A stretch of 50,016 bases of DNA from Candidatus Peregrinibacteria bacterium CG10_big_fil_rev_8_21_14_0_10_42_8 (lineage in GTDB: Bacteria > Patescibacteriota > Gracilibacteria > Peribacterales > Peribacteraceae), in contig PFDQ01000043.1 in assembly GCA_002772815.1 (NCBI GenBank), positions 15,955-65,970 on the forward strand, given 5' to 3'. How positions within the stretch are numbered: the stretch's first letter is position 1; the number at the start of each line of letters is the position of its first letter. The notes under the pieces are model-generated. The model was not told the DNA's origin. It saw only the letters and a list, made by a program, of their open reading frames with translations, and did no database searches. Below, one piece after another: positions 9,950 through 20,376 of the stretch. Made by a program: the position numbers and the translations under genes.

Positions 9950-11057
9950 TAAGTAGGTTGTTATAATTCTCTAACATTCGTTCTTGTGAAAATAGTGACG
10001 ACACTCGTTTTTGAGCATTACGCCCAAGCAGATCGCGAAGTTCTTTATTCGTCAGAAGTGTATACAGGTTGCCTGCGAGCTGTGAAGAATTGCCAGATAA
10101 ATGAAGTAATCCACTTTCGTTATGAATTATTTGTTCGGCAATGCCGTAGCAGTTACTTGCAGCTATTGGTAGTCCGCATGCCATTGCTTCAAGGATGACA
10201 AGTGGAAAAGATTCGATAAAAGAGTTACACACATAGATGTCACTGCATGCATAGTATTCAAATGGATCTTTTTGCTCTGGAAGCACATGGAATCGATCAA
10301 TCATCCCAGAGTCCTTTGCTGGCTTTAGTGCTTCTTCAAAGTATTGCGCATATTCTGGGTGTAGTTTACCAGCAATAAGAAAATGAGCATTACAGTCTCG
10401 TGGCAGTTTTTCAAGAGTCTCAAGAGCGGCGAGTATGAATTCTTTTTGGCCCTTACGTGGGCAGATAGATCCAATCAAAGTACTGACGAGTGCAGTGTCG
10501 GATATGCCAAACTGTTGTCGTAGTGATGCAGTATTATACTGCTGCATTTTTTGCTGAATACCATCGATATCAATGCCGTTATGTATCATATGCATGTTTC
10601 CTGTATTCCATTGTGTATATACTTTTTTTGTATAGTCAGAGACAAAGACAATTGCCGAGACCAGTGCAAAGGTATCCGGTGTGATATACGGGTTATTTCT
10701 CATAATCTCATGGCATTCAGACTCCTGAATTATCCATATAATATTTTCCGCGTCTGGACGCTCTGTATGTAATAGCTGAATGATACGAGCACCAAGAAGT
10801 GTACTGACAACAATGAAATCAGGATTGTGAGACGTAACACCTGGTTCAAGCACAGAGGAGTCAGCATCGTTGCTATATAGCAATGGATCGACATGAGTTG
10901 GAATGTCCGCTTCAGCAGCGAGTTTTCGTAATGGACCATTGCTTGGCATAAATAATTCGACAGTGTGACCTTCTCTCTGAAAGAGCATGGCAATATGCAA
11001 TATGTGCAAAGGAGCCCCTTCGAGTTCGGCGTTATGGGAGCAGAAAGCAATGTGCAT
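9936..11057 (-). CDS. Glycosyltransferase family 4
   Basis: SHNAELEGAP, IHNGID, PRKGQ, ESFPLVILEAMACGLP. Confidence 0.92.
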   Translation of the reverse strand: MHIAFCSHNAELEGAPLHILHIAMLFQREGHTVELFMPSNGPLRKLAAEADIPTHVDPLLYSNDADSSVLEPGVTSHNPDFIVVSTLLGARIIQLLHTERPDAENIIWIIQESECHEIMRNNPYITPDTFALVSAIVFVSDYTKKVYTQWNTGNMHMIHNGIDIDGIQQKMQQYNTASLRQQFGISDTALVSTLIGSICPRKGQKEFILAALETLEKLPRDCNAHFLIAGKLHPEYAQYFEEALKPAKDSGMIDRFHVLPEQKDPFEYYACSDIYVCNSFIESFPLVILEAMACGLPIAASNCYGIAEQIIHNESGLLHLSGNSSQLAGNLYTLLTNKELRDLLGRNAQKRVSSLFSQERMLENYNNLLTTLT

Positions 11058-11115
11058 ACAAAGAGTGGAATTGGCTACTGATTATACAGCATATGTAGAG
11101 TATTCTGATACTCCA

Positions 11116-12240
11116 ATGCCAAAAAAAACTCTTACATACGTCAGTCACGAGGCATCCCGCACAGGAGCGCCCCTATTTTTGTATAATGCATTATCTCGAA
11201 TGAATCCCATAGATTGGGATCAGCAGGTCCTGCTATTGCGCGATGGTTCTCTTAAAAAGAGTTTTGCAGATTTGCATCCTACAAGGGTCTATAAAGAGTT
11301 TTGGTGGAAAGCCTTATGTCATACAAAGAAAACACCAGATCTGTATTACCTAAACTCTCATTCATATAGTTTTTTACATCAAGCACAGCAGGAAGGTGTT
11401 CCTGCTCTATGTCATGTCCATGAGGTACCACTATCATTTGCACACGAGTCTCCAGAAACACTAGAACTCCTTCGTACGTATCCATTGTCTTATCTTGCAG
11501 TATCGCGGTATGTAGAAAATATGCTTGTGTCGATGGGTATTGAACGAAAGAAAATTCGATATTGCCCCTCAGGAATAGATGTTGTGCATTGGAAGAGGCG
11601 TTCATCTGGTGAAAAATTGCGACACAAGATCGGTATACCATCTGATGCGATAGTTATCGGTATGTCAGGACAGGTAGTTTCACTGAAGGGAGTCGATATA
11701 TGGATAGAAATGGCAAAGATGCTTACAAAAAATCATCCTGAGAAGAAGTGGCATTTTGTATGGGTAGGCGGTGTATCAAAATATGAACCAGATTATCTAC
11801 AGATGATGCAGCAAGAAGTACAAGATGCAGGGTTATCACAATGTATTCACTTTGTTGGAGAGCAGCGTGATCCGAGATCATATTACGAAGTCTTTGATAT
11901 CTTTACGCTTACATCGCGCATGGAGTCGCTTAGCTTGGTCTGCCTAGAAAATGCAATGATGGGCACACCTGTCATTGCGTTCAGTGCTGCAGGGGGACCA
12001 CAGGAGTTTGGGAATCACGGATTTGTAGAACTCGTACAAGATATGAATGCACAGTTCATGGTAAATGCTGTGTTATCCATGCATGAAGATTTAAAAAGGC
12101 AGCGAGAGCTACAGGAAAAGGCAGCAATAATTATCCCACAGATGTATTCCATTGATACATCAGTGTCGACGATGAAAGATGAGATACAACGTGTATTTAG
12201 CGACGTACAGTTGTTGAAAATGCATTGTGATGAATACTAA
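11116..12240 (+). CDS. Glycosyltransferase family 4
   Basis: SHEASRTGAP, HVHE, KGVD, LTSRMESLSLVCLENAMMGTP. Confidence 0.88.
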   Translation: MPKKTLTYVSHEASRTGAPLFLYNALSRMNPIDWDQQVLLLRDGSLKKSFADLHPTRVYKEFWWKALCHTKKTPDLYYLNSHSYSFLHQAQQEGVPALCHVHEVPLSFAHESPETLELLRTYPLSYLAVSRYVENMLVSMGIERKKIRYCPSGIDVVHWKRRSSGEKLRHKIGIPSDAIVIGMSGQVVSLKGVDIWIEMAKMLTKNHPEKKWHFVWVGGVSKYEPDYLQMMQQEVQDAGLSQCIHFVGEQRDPRSYYEVFDIFTLTSRMESLSLVCLENAMMGTPVIAFSAAGGPQEFGNHGFVELVQDMNAQFMVNAVLSMHEDLKRQRELQEKAAIIIPQMYSIDTSVSTMKDEIQRVFSDVQLLKMHCDEY

Positions 12241-15200
12241 GGGAGAAGTGCGGATTATAATATGGATCATGTCCAAACATGTGTCCCCACTTATTTTCAA
12301 AAGCGATAATTTCTTCTCTTTTCACGTTGGCACCGAGACCACCATTATTACCTCTGGTAGCAGATTCATGATGAATAACCGATGATAGTGGATTACACAC
12401 AACACGATAGCCTTCTTGTTGTACGCGTAGGCAGTAGTCTACATCTCCAAAATCAACACCAAATTTATGTTCATCAAGCCCTCCAATATCAGAAAAGAGT
12501 TTTCTTCGTGTAAGAAGACATGCACCGCCAATAGCAGAGCAATTTCGCAACACGTAGTTGTAGTTTTCGTATCCAAGTGCATCTTTTGTATCAACTTGTA
12601 CAAGACTTGCCCAGTTTCTACCAATAATCATGCCAATACTCTGTACACGATATATATCATGTTGAGGGGGGTAGAGTAGTCTTGATCCAACAACGCCAAT
12701 CCTCGTATCAAGTAACATGGTTCCAACCAACGTGGTCAACCAATGAGGATCGGCAGGCTCTGTATCGTTATTAAGAAGAAGAATAAATTCTCCTGTTGTA
12801 CGAGCCACTACTTCGTTGTTGATGTGTGCAAAGTTAAATGCAGGAGTGTCTATCCGTATGACTTGTTCAGGGATAGAGTCGAGGTATGCTTGTGTTTTTG
12901 GCTCGGTGCTATTGTTATCAATAATAACAATCTCATAGTTTGGGTAATCTGTTTTTGTACGAATGGTATTGATACAGTGGTGCAGAAGATCAATCCTATC
13001 TTTTGTTGGAATAATAATAGTTACTTTAGAACATTGTGCTTTAGTCGGAGTATAGAAAATTTGGAAGAAGAGTGTATGGCTCTTTATAGATTCTTCAGGA
13101 CGAATAACTGTGCAAGAAATACGGCGTCGTTTTAGGCATTGTTCGATAACATTCTTTGTTTCATTTTCGAAAGATGGTTCCTGTAGAGGGTCTCCATAAT
13201 AGTGATACAGAATCTCTGGAATATGGATAACATGATGAGTTCCATCAGCAAGATGAAGGAGAATATCATGCGTGTAGGCATCGCTCTGGAGGTGATCATT
13301 AAGAAGAAATGGTAAAAGAGTTTCTCTCTGAACAATAAAGAAAGGGCGGATATAATTAAATGAGAGTAAGAGCTCTGGGCTCCAGTCTGGCTTATAAATA
13401 GGCGAGTATTGAGGTGCACCTCGATGTAGACACTCGTCATGGTCACTGTATATCGCATCTGGAAGTTCTGCCTCTTCACATGCGGCAGACATCATCGTTG
13501 CAAGAGTATGTGGCAACAAGCAGTCTTCTATGCGTAAAAAACCAATGTACATTTCCGTTGATCGACGGACGATGGATGCGCGTGTTTCTGATGTATAGAA
13601 GAATGTATGCGGGAAATCTGCAGAGTACTCCTGTATGACGTTTTGCAGTATTTCACCAGATTTTGATGCATCCAGAACAGTAACTTTCCACTCAATATAC
13701 GTTTGTTGCGTAAGAGCGTTTAAGCATTGTCGTAATTGTATTTCATCAAAATGACGCACAGGAAGTAAAAGATGAAGTGACGGCTGAAATAGCATTTGGC
13801 GTATTGCAAGGCGGCTAGCCTCTTGTTCTGCATGGGAAAAAAAATGGGTTGGCAAATAAGACTTCTGTAATGGTTCTCGAGTGTTAGGTGAGTGAACAGG
13901 CCATATTTTTCCAAGAATCCTGTGGCGGATAAACACTGCAGCGCCTGGGAATGGCTCTCCAAAGTCTGTCCATAAGTCTTTTAAGCAACTAAAAACATAG
14001 TACGCAGCTTTTTTCCGAGCTGGCGCACTGACGCGAGGAACAATTGGCTCTGGTGCAGTAAGGATTGGTGTCGTGACACCTTCTTGCAGGGCATGAACTG
14101 CAGTTGTAGATTTGCAAAATGCCTTTTTACTCCATGTTTTTTGTAGTGGTCTCTGAAGAATCTGTTCTAATTCTAGAATACCTGGAAGATATATGTCATA
14201 GAGCTTTTGAAGTTCATCTTCAGTGGTAATAGGAAGAATGGTTTTTCCTGTAGCACTGTTATTATTCATATGTGCATAGACAATGCCATTGATATGAGTA
14301 CGTGTGGTACCTCGAAAGACTGTCGAGAGATCTTCTGGAATAATATCGGGGTGTGTGGTTCCAAGAAATGTGTGAACATTATGTAGTGTTTCAGCTGGAT
14401 GTTGGAAAATATCTTCTTCAAGAATAACGACATGAATGTTTTCTTTTGGGAACCATCGAAGCCATTCCTGTAAATGCGATGCATAGAATCCCATATGAAT
14501 AATGCCATGTCGTTTTGCGGTTTCAGCAAAATTCCCAGTATGTACTAACGATCCATGGTGAAGATGATGACAATACGCAGAAAGAGCACGCATGACAGGA
14601 TGACGTAGAGATAGGACAATTTTTGTTTCTTTCCCAAGTACATCATATACATACTTAGGTGTCATAGGGTTTGGTTTCTGTAGCCCTACGTACCATTCTT
14701 GATGTGTAGTACTCGTCCAAAAATAGCTTGCCGTCTTTTCTCCAATAACTGGTTCTTCTTTTTGTTGTGAGAAATACGTTTTGCTGTAGTTATCAATATC
14801 GCGTGATGAGGGTGCCCTATTCTTCGAGAAGAATTCACATTCTGGCTGTGTTGGAAGATAGATATCAGGATGATGCGATAAGTTTTTCCATAACCATGTA
14901 CTCCCACATTTTTGTCCGCCAATAATAAGGAAATTAGGAAGTTTTTGAACTGGGGCAATAGGCTCTGGTTTTGGAAATTTTTCGTAAAGATTCTGATACC
15001 AATCAGAGACAGTCTGTATATCTGGCAATTGCATCGCATCAATTTCTCTGCAAAGACTGTCGTGCATTGATGCGGTGATAGTATGCACTATTGTATGAAC
15101 AATTTCTTGAGGGTCTTTATTCTGCAGAATAATTCCACCACCATGTTTCTGTATTCGCTCCGCTAATGCACCGCTATTTGTTACACAGACAGGAATACGC

Positions 15201-17008
15201 ATTCGAAAGCATTCAGAGAGTGTATAACTGTATGTCTCTGGCCAATTAGGAAAAAGGCAGACTAGCCGTGGTGCGATGCAATGTAAGATTGCAGGAAGTT
15301 CTTCTTGTGTGTATTTGCTAAAAAAATGGACATGAGGATTATGTGCCAATTCTGGCCATTCAGACTCTAATGTTCCAAGAAAATAGATATCAACACCTTC
15401 TTTTATGAGAAGTGGTAGAACAGATGCAATAAGAGCTTTACCCTTATGATCTGCGTGAACATAGCCAAGAAAACAAATACGATTGTTATGGTATTGCTGA
15501 ACTTGTGCATACGGCGGTATTTTTTCTGTTCCATGTTCTTGGATAAGACATCGATCCTGTACAAAGGGGAATATCTTGGCAAATGTATCTCGTGCAGTCT
15601 GCGAGGGTGCAACAAAGGTACCTACGTGCTCAAGCAGTGGATAGACATCTTGTTGCCATTGTTCATATGTTTTTGTGGGGTCGCTCGGACACGTCGTATT
15701 TCCTGATGGTATACCAAGGAATTCTCCATTTTGGAGGAGTTGCGGTGAGCCAATCGCGTAATAGTCATGAATAGAATAGACGACTGAAATGCCACATGAT
15801 TTTGCAGCTTCTATGAGAGAAAAATTACTTCCAATAAGCTGATGAATATGAAGAACGGAAATGCGCTTGCTCATAAGAAATTCTTTGAATTCTCGTAAGC
15901 TTTCCTGTGGCGCCTTCGTTATGTATGTACCTATAGAGATAGATTCAACATCTTTGAGTTCCGAGTTCTGAAATTCAGATACAGCGAGATGGTCGCTCCC
16001 TGACGGATACAGTAAGTAATGTGTAGTGTCACTCATCGATAGGATAAGGTCTTCCACATGTTTTTCTGTGCCACCCACTTTTATACTTCGTGGAGAATTA
16101 TGCAAAATATGTGCCACGGTACATGGAGATTGTTCTTCTAGTAGGTTTTTAGCAATTGCATCAACTCTATGACGAATAGTATCGAGCCGTGTGTCATTAC
16201 GAATAAATGACTCTACAATATTCCGATACTCTGAATGCATTGCTTGGAGCAATTCTTCATGCGAAGGAATAGAGCGAGCTTCTCGTGAAGGAATATCTCC
16301 ACTGAGCGACATAGATACACCTCCTTCATGGAAAACAAATGTGCTTTCATCAAGGTAGTGTGTGAATCCTGCACTTCTTGCTCTCATACACCAGTCGTTT
16401 TCTTCACCGTATCCGCGTCCAAAAATTTCGTTAAATACGCCAACGATAGCGCGTGCTTTCCATGGAATATACATACAAAAGCCTACAGCAGTTGGAATAG
16501 TCAGTAGCGTCGTGCTTTTTGATAGCGCAATGTTCTGTGCAAGATTTTCAAGTAATCTCTTTTCTTTTAATGCAATTGCATCATTTTGGGCAACAGAGTA
16601 AATAGATGCCTCATTTGAAAGAGGGGTAATACTCCCTGCATCGGGGTGAGCTGTAGCAAGTGTAGATAAACGCTCTATCCATCCATCGTAAACGATTGTA
16701 TCACTATTAAGGAGTACAACATCTTGTCCTCTTGTCTGGGAAAAGCCATAGTTTACCGCTTGCACAAAGCCTACATTCTGTTCGAGTGTGATGAGGTGTA
16801 CACGATGTGGATACTCTCGCTGTACTGCAGAAAGATACATGCCAATTTCAGGATCGGTACTTGCATCATCAATGAGAACAATTGTGCAATGATCATTCTT
16901 GGTGGTATGTAAGAGGCTCTCAATACATGCATGCACATACGTAAATGCATTATGTATAGGAATAATGATGCTTATCATTTTGCCTGTAGATTCCGAATAT
17001 TTCTGCAT
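12197..17008 (-). CDS. Multidomain glycan-synthesis protein: GT2 + GT4 + sulfotransferase + GT2 + GT2 (start may be 16978)
   Basis: ISIIIPIHN..DDAS..LLNSD; GGTEKHV..WPETYSYTLSE; PNFLIIGGQKCGSTWL..GEKTASY..LRHPVMRALSAY; IYSDHD..KPDWSPELL; IIIPTKD..LLNND..HHESATRG..DPYYNP. Confidence 0.88.
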   Translation of the reverse strand: MQKYSESTGKMISIIIPIHNAFTYVHACIESLLHTTKNDHCTIVLIDDASTDPEIGMYLSAVQREYPHRVHLITLEQNVGFVQAVNYGFSQTRGQDVVLLNSDTIVYDGWIERLSTLATAHPDAGSITPLSNEASIYSVAQNDAIALKEKRLLENLAQNIALSKSTTLLTIPTAVGFCMYIPWKARAIVGVFNEIFGRGYGEENDWCMRARSAGFTHYLDESTFVFHEGGVSMSLSGDIPSREARSIPSHEELLQAMHSEYRNIVESFIRNDTRLDTIRHRVDAIAKNLLEEQSPCTVAHILHNSPRSIKVGGTEKHVEDLILSMSDTTHYLLYPSGSDHLAVSEFQNSELKDVESISIGTYITKAPQESLREFKEFLMSKRISVLHIHQLIGSNFSLIEAAKSCGISVVYSIHDYYAIGSPQLLQNGEFLGIPSGNTTCPSDPTKTYEQWQQDVYPLLEHVGTFVAPSQTARDTFAKIFPFVQDRCLIQEHGTEKIPPYAQVQQYHNNRICFLGYVHADHKGKALIASVLPLLIKEGVDIYFLGTLESEWPELAHNPHVHFFSKYTQEELPAILHCIAPRLVCLFPNWPETYSYTLSECFRMRIPVCVTNSGALAERIQKHGGGIILQNKDPQEIVHTIVHTITASMHDSLCREIDAMQLPDIQTVSDWYQNLYEKFPKPEPIAPVQKLPNFLIIGGQKCGSTWLWKNLSHHPDIYLPTQPECEFFSKNRAPSSRDIDNYSKTYFSQQKEEPVIGEKTASYFWTSTTHQEWYVGLQKPNPMTPKYVYDVLGKETKIVLSLRHPVMRALSAYCHHLHHGSLVHTGNFAETAKRHGIIHMGFYASHLQEWLRWFPKENIHVVILEEDIFQHPAETLHNVHTFLGTTHPDIIPEDLSTVFRGTTRTHINGIVYAHMNNNSATGKTILPITTEDELQKLYDIYLPGILELEQILQRPLQKTWSKKAFCKSTTAVHALQEGVTTPILTAPEPIVPRVSAPARKKAAYYVFSCLKDLWTDFGEPFPGAAVFIRHRILGKIWPVHSPNTREPLQKSYLPTHFFSHAEQEASRLAIRQMLFQPSLHLLLPVRHFDEIQLRQCLNALTQQTYIEWKVTVLDASKSGEILQNVIQEYSADFPHTFFYTSETRASIVRRSTEMYIGFLRIEDCLLPHTLATMMSAACEEAELPDAIYSDHDECLHRGAPQYSPIYKPDWSPELLLSFNYIRPFFIVQRETLLPFLLNDHLQSDAYTHDILLHLADGTHHVIHIPEILYHYYGDPLQEPSFENETKNVIEQCLKRRRISCTVIRPEESIKSHTLFFQIFYTPTKAQCSKVTIIIPTKDRIDLLHHCINTIRTKTDYPNYEIVIIDNNSTEPKTQAYLDSIPEQVIRIDTPAFNFAHINNEVVARTTGEFILLLNNDTEPADPHWLTTLVGTMLLDTRIGVVGSRLLYPPQHDIYRVQSIGMIIGRNWASLVQVDTKDALGYENYNYVLRNCSAIGGACLLTRRKLFSDIGGLDEHKFGVDFGDVDYCLRVQQEGYRVVCNPLSSVIHHESATRGNNGGLGANVKREEIIAFENKWGHMFGHDPYYNPHFSLSIHHNAFSTTVRR

Positions 17009-17011
17009 GCA

Positions 17012-17908
17012 TTATTTTGTACGAAGCTTTTTGAGTAGTGATCCGAATAGTCGAAGCGGGTGAGTGAGTCTCCAGCTTGCAGTCTGTATCAAATGATTAA
17101 TAATACTCTGTAAACCTGCATTCTTAGTATGTAGGTCATTTATGACGTTTTCGAGAGTTGTATTCTCACTATGCATCTCACTCATTACTGTTTGTAATTT
17201 TGTATTTTCAGCACTGAGTTCGTTTATTGCCCTGTGTAATTCTTGATACCCTAATTGTAATTCGTGGAGTAATTGTTGCGTGGTGTGTATCTCTTTTTGG
17301 CATTCGTCATATTTGCTACAAGAAATAATATAGTCATTTGATTGTTGAGCATATTGATTCCGAAGATGCAAAAAGGATTCCTGAATAAATGCATGTGTCT
17401 TTTGTAAATTATGTAGCTCACATTTTGTGTGCCATTCTCCTCTTCTATCTTCTACAAGAGGTAAAAGTGGTTTTGTTTCAAGAGATGACAAAATAGTATT
17501 GGTATGATGGTTAGTCATAAGTAGGCCAATTCCTTTGCATCCTGCGATATCTCTATAGGAAAGTTCTAGGATAGAGTTACATATAAAGTATGCAATATGA
17601 GAATGGGCATTATGTATAACCACTAGTGGAAAATGCTCTATAAGTTCAGATTGCTCTTGGAGAAGATGGAGTTGATGAGAAATAGCTTTCCATTGATCTT
17701 CACCATCAATAAATATCATATCAATTGATGGTATAGCACTGAGTGAATCTAGTTGAGGGTTTACAATGTGGAGTTTTATAGTATGAGTACCGCAATAGGA
17801 GAGCAGTTTTTGTGTAATGTTCTGTGAATCTTTTCCAATGACGACAATGTTTTTTGGTAACATCGTAGTGCATAGTGGTTCAATGATATTGTTCCAGTGT
17901 CTATCCAT
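17012..17908 (-). CDS. Glycan-locus protein with degenerate methyltransferase-like N-terminus and C-terminal coiled coil
   Basis: DMIFIDG..W motif, heptad-rich region, terminal ASWRLTHPLR typical of glycan-locus coiled-coil proteins. Confidence 0.6.
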   Translation of the reverse strand: MDRHWNNIIEPLCTTMLPKNIVVIGKDSQNITQKLLSYCGTHTIKLHIVNPQLDSLSAIPSIDMIFIDGEDQWKAISHQLHLLQEQSELIEHFPLVVIHNAHSHIAYFICNSILELSYRDIAGCKGIGLLMTNHHTNTILSSLETKPLLPLVEDRRGEWHTKCELHNLQKTHAFIQESFLHLRNQYAQQSNDYIISCSKYDECQKEIHTTQQLLHELQLGYQELHRAINELSAENTKLQTVMSEMHSENTTLENVINDLHTKNAGLQSIINHLIQTASWRLTHPLRLFGSLLKKLRTK

Positions 17909-18227
17909 AAATAAGATGGTGTATCATCCGAAAAAGGAGGTGAATGATATCAGATTCCAAAGATCTCTTATAGGTATTTATAGTGATTCTAAAACATAGC
18001 GTATTGTAATTTCTTAATGAGGAGTAGGGAGGGGTTGTTGCTAAGCTATCAAGATCAAATCGACGAACGATGCCAAGTATTGCTGGTTTTGTAATCTGCT
18101 TACATTCAAATATATGAGTGTAATTTTTACTTGTTCATTTTTATACTGTTTATGCTGACGTAATAGCCCTCTACAATAGCAGTATATTGCTGAGGAGACT
18201 TACTGATTCGTATAGATTAAAATGATA

Positions 18228-19061
18228 TTATCGATAATCACTAATGAATGTAGGGAATTCATATGATGACATTGAAGACATCCGTTTAATCATTGGGTGA
18301 GTGGAGCCAAACTGTTCCACTAGTCTTTTTTTATGCAGAGGCCAAATCTTTGAAAATTCCCATAAGTTATGACGAGTGAGTTCATCAAACTCTTCTTCTG
18401 TCCACTGGCGATCATTGCCAATGTGGCAAGTAATGTGTTCGAAAGGTAAAAAAAGAAATTGTCTGGCATTTTTCATAATGTTTGCAGCGAGTCCTGTATC
18501 GACAGATGCAATGCCTATACAACACGTATCTTTATAAAATGCAGCGTATTGCTTTCGTGAAAAAACAAAACAGTCGTAGCCTGCACCTGGGACACCAATG
18601 CTCGACCAAATTTTTGCTAGTGTATCAAGTGGGTTAACCTCGGTAGGGTTTACTTCTCGACGGTTGATAATGATTCCATCATAGCCACTGTGAATATAGT
18701 CATGCACAACACTGTAAAAGTGTGGCATAAGTATAATGTCCATATTGGTATAGATAAGATAATCCGCAGTAGTTACTTGAAAAAGATTATCGATAATATC
18801 GTAAATGAGAGGTAGTTTTTTAGGTTTTTGCAGAGGTCGAACATTAATAATAGAACGAGTAAGGCCTGGTGCTCGCAGAAATCCTTTTGGAATAGCATTT
18901 TCATCTTCTTTATATACAGTGGCATATAGCTCTACAGTAACATCATTTTTTGCAAAATCCTGTGCGCGTAACATCGATTCACATACCAATGGCTGCACAT
19001 CTTCCAAATCCTGACGTTTTGGATTGTAAAATGGATTAACAATATGTGCAATTGATGTCAT
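18228..19061 (-). CDS. Hypothetical GT-A-like (nucleotide-diphospho-sugar transferase-like) protein
   Basis: 277-aa ORF with DYLIYTNMDI (DxD-like), located in the glycan island. Confidence 0.55.
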   Translation of the reverse strand: MTSIAHIVNPFYNPKRQDLEDVQPLVCESMLRAQDFAKNDVTVELYATVYKEDENAIPKGFLRAPGLTRSIINVRPLQKPKKLPLIYDIIDNLFQVTTADYLIYTNMDIILMPHFYSVVHDYIHSGYDGIIINRREVNPTEVNPLDTLAKIWSSIGVPGAGYDCFVFSRKQYAAFYKDTCCIGIASVDTGLAANIMKNARQFLFLPFEHITCHIGNDRQWTEEEFDELTRHNLWEFSKIWPLHKKRLVEQFGSTHPMIKRMSSMSSYEFPTFISDYR

Positions 19062-19144
19062 ATATACATAAATGTACGAGGAGAAACACTCTACTGCGAA
19101 ACATTCTATCCATCAAATACTAATAAGGTTCTTTAGGCAAAAAT

Positions 19145-19429
19145 ATGCTATTAGATGACGATGATGTCACAGTATGTATATTACGAAGAAAAAATACAAT
19201 TCGCCAGTATGTAGCATGGCAATTAGACAAACAAAGGGAATCAATATTGCATGTGGACCTCGCAGAAGTAAGAGAATTTTCCGAACGTAACAATGAGTGC
19301 AATATGTGCACCAGAGTGATATTGTATTATCAATGCCAAAACAGAAGCCATTACGTCAAATTGTTAAAAATACTTCTTATGCATATTTTCTTGATCAATA
19401 GCATGTGTGTAGTACCATCAAGTCGATGA
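19145..19429 (+). pseudogene. Possible fragment of an Stf0-like sulfotransferase
   Basis: VCILRRKNTIRQYVAWQL resembles the 3'-phosphate-binding segment; no N-terminal PAPS loop seen. Confidence 0.25.
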
Positions 19430-20376
19430 GTAAGCGTATTCTTATTACAGGTGGCCACGGATTTCTTGGCACATATCTTATCGAACATTTACAAGAAAAA
19501 TATTCATCTGATTATACTCTTATAATACCTTCCCATGAGGATTGTGACATAAGAGTACAAGTAGATGTGGAGAAATTATTTCAAAACAGCAAACCAGATA
19601 TGGTTGTACATTTAGCTGCAAAAGTAGGAGGAATTGGAGAGAATCGTAGTTTTCCTGGTCAGTTATTTTATGACAACGCAATGATGGGGATGATATTGAT
19701 GGAAAGCGCAAGAAAGTATGGTGTAGAGAAGTATATTACTATTGGAACAGTATGTTCGTATCCTTCGCATACGCCAATTCCTTTCAAGGAGGATGCTCTA
19801 TGGGATGGCTATCCAGAGCCAACAAATGCGCCATATGGGATTGCCAAGAAAATGCTTCTGACACAGGCACGTGCTTACGAGCAAGAGTATGGCTTTCACT
19901 CAAATTACTTAATCCTGACCAATTTATACGGACCAAAAGATTCTATCGATTTGCAGTCATCACATGTAGTACCAGCATTGATTCGAAAATTCTGTGATGC
20001 AGTAGAAGAAGGAAAAAGAGAAGTAGTATTATGGGGTGATGGCACACCAACAAGAGATCTTCTGTATGTCACAGATGCCGTAGAAGGAATTGTATCAACA
20101 ATGCAAAATTCCATACCTCTCATGCCAATCAATATTGGATCAGGTCAAGATGTATCAATTGCACATCTTGCTACAATGATCGCAGCGATATCGGGATATA
20201 ATGGAGACATAACATGGGATACAACATATTCTAATGGCCAAATGAACAGGAGAGTGGATACATCTCTAGCAAAAGAATATTTAGACTTTCAAGCAAAGAT
20301 GCCCTTACAGGAAGGTCTAGAAAGTACAGTTGCGTGGTATAAAAAAGAGAAGTTACCGACGTCGGTAATTGTGTAG
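19426..20376 (+). CDS. fcl: GDP-L-fucose synthase
   Basis: TGGHGFLG, HLAAKVGGI, GTVCSYP, YPEPTNAPYGIAKK, NLYGP, SSHVVPALIRKF, WGDGTPTR. Confidence 0.92.
   Translation: MSKRILITGGHGFLGTYLIEHLQEKYSSDYTLIIPSHEDCDIRVQVDVEKLFQNSKPDMVVHLAAKVGGIGENRSFPGQLFYDNAMMGMILMESARKYGVEKYITIGTVCSYPSHTPIPFKEDALWDGYPEPTNAPYGIAKKMLLTQARAYEQEYGFHSNYLILTNLYGPKDSIDLQSSHVVPALIRKFCDAVEEGKREVVLWGDGTPTRDLLYVTDAVEGIVSTMQNSIPLMPINIGSGQDVSIAHLATMIAAISGYNGDITWDTTYSNGQMNRRVDTSLAKEYLDFQAKMPLQEGLESTVAWYKKEKLPTSVIV

Noticed and set aside
17909..18227. Intergenic region with AGGAGG-ATG and possible gene debris
   Set aside because: The ORF after the SD-like site is only a few codons, and no recognisable protein or structure was seen
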